Shown here piece after piece: positions 17,860-24,943 of a stretch of DNA of 25,889 nt (position 1 is the first letter of the stretch; every line of letters starts with the position of its first letter). The stretch comes from Gaiellaceae bacterium (GTDB lineage Bacteria; Actinomycetota; Thermoleophilia; Gaiellales; Gaiellaceae), in NCBI GenBank assembly GCA_035251305.1, contig DATFEK010000076.1, positions 1-25,889 of the forward strand. The letters are read 5' to 3'. The notes under the pieces were generated by a model that searched no databases, was not told where the DNA came from, and saw only the letters and a list, made by a program, of their open reading frames with translations. The position numbers were made by a program, and so were the translations under genes.

Positions 17860-18777
17860 CTACTGTCGCGCCAACACCGTAGGTGGGCGCCAAAGCACGT
17901 ACGCAAGCGCGACGCTGAGCGCCCAGATCGTCGCCGCCAGGAAGACATGGACGAGCACGAGGCCCCAGGGCAACGCACTGCGGTACTGGACCTCGCCGAG
18001 CACCGCCTGCGCGATGAGCGCGGCGAGCAGGAAGCCCCAGATTCGCACGATGCCCGGATAGGTCCCACGTAGTCCGCGGAGGAACCAGCCGACGACCAGA
18101 ACCCCGATACCGAATGCTGCCGCCACTCGCACATGGACGTACACCGTCTCCGATATGGCGATGCCGAGACGCTCGACGTCTGCGCTCGAGCCCGGGTGTG
18201 GGCCCGAGGCAGTCGCGACTGCGCCCGTGACGACGAGCAGAGCGCACGCAGGGAGGCCGATCCAGCTCACGGCTCTGCGGAGCCAGAGCCCACCCGCGGG
18301 CGCAATGACACCTGACACGAGGAGCCACGCCTCGAGCGCGACGACCACGGCGAGCCCGACCACGGCGAGCCCGAGAAGGAAGTGCGTCATCACCGCCAGC
18401 GGGTGCAGGTCGAGCGCAATCGTGATTCCGCCCATCGGAATCTGAGCCGCGGCGACGAGAAAAGCGCCGAGCGCAGCCAGCCTGGCGGTGCGTGACAGCC
18501 CGTCCACTCTGCGCGATCCCAGCCATGTGACGAGCGTGAGCACGATGCCGACGAGCGCGATCAACCGGTTGCCGAACTCGACGAAGGCATGGAAGCCCTG
18601 CTCCGGGTACGGCTTGTCACCGCAGCTCGGCCAGTTTTCGCATCCGAGACCGGAGCCCGTGAGCCGGACGAAAGCTCCTGACGTGACGACGAGGAAGAGC
18701 GCGACGCACGACGAGACGGCCAAGCGGAGGAAGCCGCGCGCGGACATCGCGCGTGCACGAACGACTGCGATGCTCAC
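17860..18777 (-). CDS. ctaA: Heme A synthase (COX15/CtaA family)
   Basis: GAFVRLTGSGLGCENWPSC, VEFGNR and conserved His in TM helices (THFLLG, VHVR, VHVFLA). The GTG start overlaps the selD stop (GTGA). Confidence 0.88.
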   Translation of the reverse strand: MSIAVVRARAMSARGFLRLAVSSCVALFLVVTSGAFVRLTGSGLGCENWPSCGDKPYPEQGFHAFVEFGNRLIALVGIVLTLVTWLGSRRVDGLSRTARLAALGAFLVAAAQIPMGGITIALDLHPLAVMTHFLLGLAVVGLAVVVALEAWLLVSGVIAPAGGLWLRRAVSWIGLPACALLVVTGAVATASGPHPGSSADVERLGIAISETVYVHVRVAAAFGIGVLVVGWFLRGLRGTYPGIVRIWGFLLAALIAQAVLGEVQYRSALPWGLVLVHVFLAATIWALSVALAYVLWRPPTVLARQ

Positions 18778-19799
18778 GGCGCCAGAACGACACCCGCGCC
18801 GGCTTCGACGCGTCCGACCCGATGCAGCGGGAGGCCGGCGGCGGCCAGCGTCGCCTGGAGGACGTGAGCCCGCTCGCCGGGCACCGACGCGAGCAGGCCC
18901 CCGGCGGTCTGAGGGTCGTAAGCGAGTGCCTCGAGGGCGGGATCGGCCTCGCTTTCCACGTGCCCCGAGACGTACTCGCGGTTCCTGCGATCGCCGCCGG
19001 TTCGAGCGCCGGCCTGCGCGAGCTCGAGCGCTCCGGCGAGCAGCGGAATGGAGCCCGCATCGAGAATCGCGCGCACGCCGCTCCGCGATGCAAGCTCGTG
19101 CGTGTGCCCGACGAGCCCGAAGCCGGTGACGTCTGTCACTGCGTTGGGAGCGAACGGCCGTAGCGCATCGGCCGCCGCCTTGTTCGACTCGACCATCGAA
19201 TCGATCGCAGCATCGAGCGCCCCGGGCGGTGCCTCCCCGTCGCGCACCGCCTGCAGGACGATGCCGGTTCCCAGCGCCTTCGTCAGGAAGAGCACGTCTC
19301 CCGGCTCCGCGCGGGCTTTCGACCAGATCGCATCGGGATGCACCATGCCGACGACGGCGAGCCCGTACTTCGGCTCCTCGTCCCGAATCGTGTGGCCTCC
19401 CGCCAGAATCGCCCCGGCGGCGCGAACGCGCTCGTCTGCACCCGCGATGATTTCGCCGAGCACCTCCGTCGGAAGCTCCTCCGGAAACGCAGCGACGGAG
19501 AGCGCCAGTAGCGGGGCGCCCCCCATGGCGAAGACGTCGTTCAGGGCGTTCGTCGCCGCGATCGCGCCGAAGACACGGGGGTCGTCCACGAGCGGTGGAA
19601 AGAAGTCCACGGTGAAGACGATCGCGCGGTCGGCGTCGAGACGATAGACGGCAGCGTCGTCGGCGGGGTCGAGACCGACGAGGAGATCATCGGCCTCGGC
19701 GGGCACGAGCCCGGCGAGGAGGGTCTCGAGGCGGCCCGCCGCGTACTTGGCCGCGCATCCACCCGCACGCGCGAGCGATGTGAGCGGAACCGTTTCCAC
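18774..19799 (-). CDS. selD: Selenide, water dikinase (Cys form)
   Basis: Start at GTG 19799. GGCAAK (TGC codon, not TGA), DFFPP, NALNDVFAMGG, GGHT, TDVTGFGL and DPQTAGGLL motifs. -10 TACAGT lies 7 nt upstream. Confidence 0.92.
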   Translation of the reverse strand: METVPLTSLARAGGCAAKYAAGRLETLLAGLVPAEADDLLVGLDPADDAAVYRLDADRAIVFTVDFFPPLVDDPRVFGAIAATNALNDVFAMGGAPLLALSVAAFPEELPTEVLGEIIAGADERVRAAGAILAGGHTIRDEEPKYGLAVVGMVHPDAIWSKARAEPGDVLFLTKALGTGIVLQAVRDGEAPPGALDAAIDSMVESNKAAADALRPFAPNAVTDVTGFGLVGHTHELASRSGVRAILDAGSIPLLAGALELAQAGARTGGDRRNREYVSGHVESEADPALEALAYDPQTAGGLLASVPGERAHVLQATLAAAGLPLHRVGRVEAGAGVVLAP

Positions 19800-19832
19800 T
19801 CTCGGAACTGTAGGCGCCCGCGGCCGCGCAAA

Positions 19833-20050
19833 GGTCGCGCTTCCGGGTTGGCGCGACCGAAATCCGCACGTCAGCGCCCGCGCCGCGGGCACGTTTCGGG
19901 ATGTTGCGCGACCGGAGCCTTCACTCGCAGATTCCGGTCTTGCGCGCTGGGGAGGAGAGCCGCCGAGAGCAGCGAACTCCCGACCGGAGAGATCCGTCCC
20001 CATCTCCTCTCCCCCTGACGCAGCGGCCGCCGCCCCCTCGGCGGCCGCTG
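19833..20050. other. Densely structured intergenic region, candidate ncRNA or regulatory leader (family unassigned)
   Basis: Five abutting stem-loop modules, including a perfect 12-bp stem at 20021-20050 and an 8-bp stem at 19833-19858. No credible ORF. Confidence 0.35.
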
Positions 20051-20081
20051 ACTTTGGTGCTCCACTTAGACTCGCCTCAGT

Positions 20082-20762
20082 GTGAAGTCGGCGCTCGTCA
20101 CGGGGGGCTCTTCTGGGCTGGGGCTCGCCCTGGCACGGATGCTTCGCGCGGAGGGCTACGACCTGACGCTCGTCGCACGACGCCCTGAGCCGCTCGAGGA
20201 GGCGGCAGCCGAGCTCGGTGCGCTCGCCGTCGCCGCCAACCTCGCGGACGCCGACGAATGCACGCGCGCCGTCGCTGCACATGCCGAGCGGCACGGAGGC
20301 ATGAACGTCCTCGTGAACTCCGCCGGCCTCGGGATCATGAGCTCGTTCGCGGACCAGGACACGAAGCGGATCGGTCTTCAGCTCGACGTCAACCTGCGCG
20401 CGACGATGATCGTCACGCGTGAGGCGCTCCCCCTCCTACGGGCAGCGCACGGCCACGTGATCACGCTCGCGTCGATCGCCGGAATGATTCCGACCCCTGG
20501 TCTCGCCGTCTACGGCGCGACGAAGGCCGCGCTGATTTCACTCACCAGCTCGATCAATCGCGAAGAGGCCGAGTACGGCGTGCGTGCGACCACGATCTCC
20601 CCGGACTTCGTCGCGACGCGAATGACGGACTGGACCGGGCTCCGCGCCGAGGAGCAGATCCAGCCCGACGACATCGCAGCACTCGTTCGAACGGTGTTGT
20701 ACCTGAGCCCTCGAGCGCGCATTCCGAACATCGTCGTCGAGCTCTTGCGCGACGGCGTCTGA
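20082..20762 (+). CDS. SDR family NAD(P)-dependent oxidoreductase
   Basis: TGGSSGLG, VNSAG and YGATK motifs. -10 TAGACT at 20067-20072. Confidence 0.9.
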   Translation: MKSALVTGGSSGLGLALARMLRAEGYDLTLVARRPEPLEEAAAELGALAVAANLADADECTRAVAAHAERHGGMNVLVNSAGLGIMSSFADQDTKRIGLQLDVNLRATMIVTREALPLLRAAHGHVITLASIAGMIPTPGLAVYGATKAALISLTSSINREEAEYGVRATTISPDFVATRMTDWTGLRAEEQIQPDDIAALVRTVLYLSPRARIPNIVVELLRDGV

Positions 20763-20778
20763 CGCGGTTCGGTCGCGC

Positions 20779-21702
20779 TCAACCGCCGAGCTGAGCCCGC
20801 ACCGCGGCCTCGAGCTCGTTCACCGAGACCACGCCTTCGTACCGCTCGACGATCTTGCCGTCGGTCCCGACGAGGAACGTCCAGGGCTCGGTCTCGAGGC
20901 GCCACTCCCGCATCCAGCGGTTGAAACCCTTCGCCGGGTCGTTCCCCTCGTATACCTCGACGTGGATGAAACGCGTCTCCCCGCCCTCGAACCGGCTCGC
21001 GACCTCCTCGACGACGTCGACCACCGGACCGCACGTACGGCTGGAGCAGAACTTCGGCGTCGAGAACGTAACGACGAACGGCGCTTTCGATCGCAGCGAG
21101 TCGGCGATCGAATGCTCGAGCAGCGACTCGTCGGGCGGCGTGCGGGTCGTGAGCCTCGAGAAGACTCCGCGCGTGGAGGCGATCGTGGGCGTGTCCGACG
21201 CGATCGCGGGGTCGCCGATGTCCGGCGCGGAATCACTCTCGGCCACGACCACGTTTCCGAGCGCCTGCACCGCCGTGGCGCCTCCCTCCGGCTCAGCGAG
21301 CAGCCAGTAGGTGCCCGGGCGGGGAAGCCGAAGGCGAGCGACATAGATATGACTGGCGTCGGCCATGTCGCCTCCGGGCACGCCAATTCGCTCGAGCTTC
21401 GCGTTCGACTCGAGGAATGGAGGAGCATCGAGCCGGTCTGCGACCCACACACGCGCGCTCGGAAGCGTGACCACACGCTCCTCCGCGTCGATGACGAGGA
21501 AGGAGACTCGGACGTTCCCGGGCTCGTGACTCGCAGTCCCCGGGACGATCGCGACGTCGTCGCCCGGCGCTCGCCAGAGCTCCTCGAGCGTCTTGCCCCC
21601 TCCGGGGTCAGCCGCCGTGGTCGTCGTCTCCTCGCTCGATCCGCCACAACCGACGAGGAGCAACGATGACAGCACCACGGTCAGAGCCGCAACTGGGCGC
21701 AT
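20779..21702 (-). CDS. Thioredoxin-like fold lipoprotein
   Basis: Lipobox LLVG-C and a C-terminal thioredoxin-like region VVTFSTPKFCSSRTCGPVV...FIHVEVY...EPWTFLVG (CxxxxC). -10 TACACT at 21712-21717. Confidence 0.7.
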   Translation of the reverse strand: MRPVAALTVVLSSLLLVGCGGSSEETTTTAADPGGGKTLEELWRAPGDDVAIVPGTASHEPGNVRVSFLVIDAEERVVTLPSARVWVADRLDAPPFLESNAKLERIGVPGGDMADASHIYVARLRLPRPGTYWLLAEPEGGATAVQALGNVVVAESDSAPDIGDPAIASDTPTIASTRGVFSRLTTRTPPDESLLEHSIADSLRSKAPFVVTFSTPKFCSSRTCGPVVDVVEEVASRFEGGETRFIHVEVYEGNDPAKGFNRWMREWRLETEPWTFLVGTDGKIVERYEGVVSVNELEAAVRAQLGG

Positions 21703-21729
21703 ACGCGCCCGAGTGTAGCCTCGCCTCGG

Positions 21730-21822
21730 TTAGTGGCCCTCGGGCCAGGAGCCCTTGGCCTTGCTCAGCAAGGCAGCCAGCAGCGCAAGGTTGACCAGCA
21801 GCAGCAGAAGTCTCGGCTTCAC
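21730..21822 (-). CDS. Unannotated 30-aa secreted propeptide MKPRLLLLLVNLALLAALLSKAKGSWPEGH (putative RRNPP-type signalling peptide precursor)
   Basis: Read manually: GTG at 21822 to TAA at 21730, with a GAGGAGGT RBS at 21827-21834. Basic n-region, 15-residue hydrophobic h-region and short polar tail. Lies 13 nt downstream of the HTH-TPR regulator stop. Confidence 0.8.
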   Translation of the reverse strand: MKPRLLLLLVNLALLAALLSKAKGSWPEGH

Positions 21823-21835
21823 GGCGACCTCCTCT

Positions 21836-23176
21836 CTAGAAGCGGATTTCCTGGAGCGCCTCGGCGGCGTTCCGGTAGAGACGTGCGGCCTCGTGCTCGT
21901 CTCCACGACGAGCTGCGAGATCCCCTAGTGCAACCCACGCCTCCGTCCGGTGGCTGATCGACGCCATTTGTTCCGCAGCGGCGTCAGCCATCCGGAAGCA
22001 TTCTCCCGCCTCATCCAGCCGTCCGCGCTCCAGCAGAGCTCGTCCCAGTACGAGCTGCGACGGACAGACTTCGTGGAGGTAATCCTCGCGACCCTGCAGA
22101 AGCTCGAGTGACTCACGCGCGAGCGCGTCGGCATGGTCGTATTCGCCACGGTTCAAGTGCACCTTGGCGAGCCCTTCGAGCGCCTGTGCGGCATCCGCGG
22201 GGGAATCGGCATCGAGCGCCCGCGAGTACGACGCCTTCAAGTGCTCGACGGCATGCTCCTCGTCTCCCAGGAGGAGCGTCAGCCCGCCGAGCATCAATAG
22301 CAGCCGTCCGACGTTTCGCTCGTCGTTCAGCTCCTGGTACAGCTCCTTGGCCCGCTGCGCGTAGTTGCGGGAGCGGATGTAGTGCCCCTGCCGCTGAGCG
22401 GTCAGCGATGCCTGAAAGTACGTGTTGGCGATGGCGCGGCGATCGCCGAGTCCCTCGGCGAGCTCGAGCGCGCGCTCGACGTCTTCGCGCGCCGCAACGT
22501 AATCACGCTGGCGGCGATAGCACCGGGAGCGCCAACCGAGGATGTCCGACCGGAGGAGATCGCACGGAAGATCTGAGCGCTCCGCGAGCTCGAGCGCCTC
22601 GTCGAAGAGGGCAATCGCGGTCGAGATGCTGGAAAGGCTCCATCTGCACGCTCCGAGGCGGCACAGCACCTCCGCTCGGTCGACATCGGAGAACTCGGGA
22701 CGCTCCGCGATCTCACGGGCACGCTGCAGGAGATCGACGGCGCGGCCGACGCCGCCGGACTGCTGAAGCGCCCACGCCTCGCCGACCAGCGACCGAAGCT
22801 CCAGAGAGGACGCGTCTGTTCCAAGCACGTTCGGACGCACCTCACGAAACGCAGCGATCGCCTCTTCGTAGCGATGCGCCTCGGAAAGAGCTTCTGCGCG
22901 CGTCAATATCGCCTCGACCTTCGCGCGCTCGTCAGCCGAGACACCGGCGCTGATGAACGCCGGGTCGACGCGAAGCCGCTCGGCGAGCCAAGCGATGGTC
23001 GCCGGAGTCGGGCGGGTCTTGCCGCGCTCGATCTGGCTGATGTACTCCTTCGAGAAGCGATCGCCGGCGAGCTCGGTCTGCGTGAGACCGGCCGAGACGC
23101 GAAGAGCACGAACGCGAGCCCCCAGGCGTGAGCCGGCAGCGGTGCCAGACAGAATGGCGGTCTCGATCATGCTCAT
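21836..23176 (-). CDS. XRE-family HTH + tetratricopeptide-repeat transcriptional regulator (NprR/PlcR-like architecture)
   Basis: N-terminal LGARVRALRVSAGLTQTELAGDRFSKEYISQIERGKTRPT (HTH_3), followed by ~350 aa of ~40-residue helical repeats (AIAAF/AVDLL/AIALF...A/ALEL pattern). An alternative start is ATG 23170. Confidence 0.88.
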   Translation of the reverse strand: MSMIETAILSGTAAGSRLGARVRALRVSAGLTQTELAGDRFSKEYISQIERGKTRPTPATIAWLAERLRVDPAFISAGVSADERAKVEAILTRAEALSEAHRYEEAIAAFREVRPNVLGTDASSLELRSLVGEAWALQQSGGVGRAVDLLQRAREIAERPEFSDVDRAEVLCRLGACRWSLSSISTAIALFDEALELAERSDLPCDLLRSDILGWRSRCYRRQRDYVAAREDVERALELAEGLGDRRAIANTYFQASLTAQRQGHYIRSRNYAQRAKELYQELNDERNVGRLLLMLGGLTLLLGDEEHAVEHLKASYSRALDADSPADAAQALEGLAKVHLNRGEYDHADALARESLELLQGREDYLHEVCPSQLVLGRALLERGRLDEAGECFRMADAAAEQMASISHRTEAWVALGDLAARRGDEHEAARLYRNAAEALQEIRF

Positions 23177-23280
23177 TTCAGTGAACCCGGTTCTGGCTCG
23201 CCGCGCTCCCCCTGAGGGGGGATGTGTGGCTACCCTTTTCGAGTGAAGTAACGGTAGCGGAAATCACTTGACCAAGCTAC

Positions 23281-23309
23281 TTGACTTTTCTGGACACGGC
23301 TCCTATAGT
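23281..23309 (+). promoter_or_regulatory. Near-consensus sigma70/SigA-type promoter
   Basis: TTGACT (23281-23286), a 17-nt spacer, then TATAGT (23304-23309). Both hexamers match consensus at 5/6 within an AT-richer patch. Confidence 0.75.
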
Positions 23310-23315
23310 CAGGCC

Positions 23316-23486
23316 CACACCGCAAGCGATCGGACGCCAGATCGGTTGCGCGGGCACCACCGCCGGATCCGCCGGCGTGCAGGAAGAGCGTGGCTGGGCC
23401 GCAGAGCCACGAATTCCGGCTCGCCGCCCCGGGAAGGGGTCGCCTCGAACGGAGAACGCCCCCGGAGCCGCAGCCGGGGGCGTTTT
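23316..23486 (+). ncRNA. Candidate ~170-nt small RNA divergent from the HTH-TPR regulator
   Basis: Bounded by the promoter and a hairpin+TTTT terminator. Four internal hairpins and no complete ORF inside. Inferred, with no family match recognised. Confidence 0.5.
23455..23486. terminator. Intrinsic terminator, probably bidirectional (sRNA + strand; MFS - strand)
   Basis: AACGCCCCCGG-agccgcag-CCGGGGGCGTT followed by TT on the + strand (TTTT at 23483-23486) and TTCTC on the - strand. Confidence 0.7.
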
Positions 23487-23512
23487 CACGTTCTGGACGG
23501 CAAACCTGCGAG

Positions 23513-24943
23513 CTACCCGACGGGTTCGACCGCAGCGTCACTTCGACGGCGGCCGGCACCCGCGTGCGGACGCACGAGGGCGAATGCGACGATCGCGCCG
23601 AGGACCGCGATCGCGGCGGCAACGAGCAGGGCGGCCTCGAACCCCCTCATGAACGCCTCGGGCGTGCGCTCTGCTCCCGCCTCGGCGGCCACGATCGCAC
23701 CCATTACCGCGATTCCCATCGTGCCGCCTACCTGTCGTGCGCTGTTCAGGACCGCCGACCCCACGCCGGACTTGTCCACAGGCACGCTCCTCGTTGCCGC
23801 GGCCGCGCCCGGTGTCATCGTCAGCCCCATCCCGATGCCACCGAGCACGAGCGCCGGGAGCAGATCCCAGAAGCGCGCGTCGACGCTCAGCCGGGAGAAC
23901 ATCACGAGCTGAGCGGCGATGAGGATCATCCCGGTTGTCATGAGCCCGCGGGAGCCGATCCGATCGCTCGTCTTCCCGGCGATCGGAGCAACGAGGATGA
24001 TGAGGATCGTCAGCGGGAGAAAGGCAGCGCCGGTCTCCACCGCGGAGTAGCCGAGGATGTTCTGCAGATAGAGGGAGACGAAGAAGAAGACTCCGAACAT
24101 CGCCAGCGCGACGAGCAGCACGACGAGGTTCGAGCCCGTGTACGTCCCGTTTCGGAAGAGCTCGAGTGGCAGCATCGGGTCGCGCTGGCGACGCTCGAGC
24201 TGAACGAACACGAGCAACGAGACGGCGGCGAGGACGAACGATCCGACGATCCGCGTCGAGCTCCAACCGTACGTGTTCGCCTCGATGAGCCCGTACGTCA
24301 GCGCGAAGAGGCCGATGCCGGATGTCGCGAGCCCGGGGAGGTCGAGACGCGCATGGGTCTCGTCTCGCGACTCGTCGATGAAGGCGTAGCTCGCGGCGAT
24401 CCCGAGAATCCCGACCGGGACGTTCACGAAGAAGATCCAGCTCCAGTCGAGGTGCTCGGTGATGAGCCCGCCGACGAGGGGTCCGATCGCGAGGGCGAGA
24501 GCCGAGACGCCCGCCCAGATCCCGATCGCGGTCCCGCGCTCATGGGGCGGAAACGTCGCGGCGATGATCGACAGCGTCGCAGGATTCATCAATGCAGCGC
24601 CGGCACCTTGCAACACACGCGCGGCAATCAGCATCTCCCCCGACTCGGCCAGGCCACAGAGGAGGGATGCGATGGTGAAGACGGCGATTCCGATGACGAA
24701 GATCAGCCGGCGACCGTATGCGTCGGCGACCTTCCCGCCGACGAGCATGAGCGCGGCGAAGGTCAGGGCATAGCCGGTGACGATCCACTGCAACTCGGAG
24801 AGATCGGCGTCGAGGTCGCGCTGGATCGAGGGCAAAGCCACATTCACGACGGTGTTGTCGAGCATGATCATGAAGAGACCGAACGAGACGGCCGCGAGCG
24901 TGAGCCACTTTCGGTCGTGCTCTGCGAAGATCCGAGCCCTCAT
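23513..24943 (-). CDS. DHA2 (EmrB/QacA-like, 14-TMS) MFS drug:H+ antiporter
   Basis: Start at ATG 24943. MIMLDNTVVNVALPSI, WIVTGYAL, motif A GKVADAYGRR, ARVLQGAG, GPLVGG and WIFFVNVPVG. Confidence 0.92.
   Translation of the reverse strand: MRARIFAEHDRKWLTLAAVSFGLFMIMLDNTVVNVALPSIQRDLDADLSELQWIVTGYALTFAALMLVGGKVADAYGRRLIFVIGIAVFTIASLLCGLAESGEMLIAARVLQGAGAALMNPATLSIIAATFPPHERGTAIGIWAGVSALALAIGPLVGGLITEHLDWSWIFFVNVPVGILGIAASYAFIDESRDETHARLDLPGLATSGIGLFALTYGLIEANTYGWSSTRIVGSFVLAAVSLLVFVQLERRQRDPMLPLELFRNGTYTGSNLVVLLVALAMFGVFFFVSLYLQNILGYSAVETGAAFLPLTILIILVAPIAGKTSDRIGSRGLMTTGMILIAAQLVMFSRLSVDARFWDLLPALVLGGIGMGLTMTPGAAAATRSVPVDKSGVGSAVLNSARQVGGTMGIAVMGAIVAAEAGAERTPEAFMRGFEAALLVAAAIAVLGAIVAFALVRPHAGAGRRRSDAAVEPVG

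Noticed and set aside
19755-19757. Selenocysteine (UGA) in SelD
   Set aside because: The active-site codon in GG-C-AAK is TGC (Cys).
19833-20050. tRNA-Sec (selC), or a glycine/FMN riboswitch next to selD
   Set aside because: There is no TTCAAA anticodon loop or GTTCRA T-loop in a correct cloverleaf. Fragments such as GGAGAG..GCCGA and GAACTCCCGACCGG resemble riboswitch pieces, but the other required motifs (CTCTCAGG; AGGGCGGGG and GGATGGGAG) are absent.
19800-20294. 165-aa N-terminal extension of SelD (ORF 18774..20294), including an AGGAG-ATG start near 20003
   Set aside because: The extension is low-complexity and not SelD-like, and it runs antisense into the SDR. Homology begins at GTG 19799, which has its own -10.
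23184-23193. LexA (Cheo) box GAAC-N4-GTTC upstream of the HTH-TPR regulator
   Set aside because: The sequence is GAAC-CCG-GTTC, with a 3-nt rather than 4-nt spacer.
23316-23486. CsrB/RsmZ-type GGA-sponge identity for the candidate sRNA
   Set aside because: Six GGA triplets are present, some in loops, but about three are expected by chance at this GC content, and there is no csrA in the window. Not supportable.
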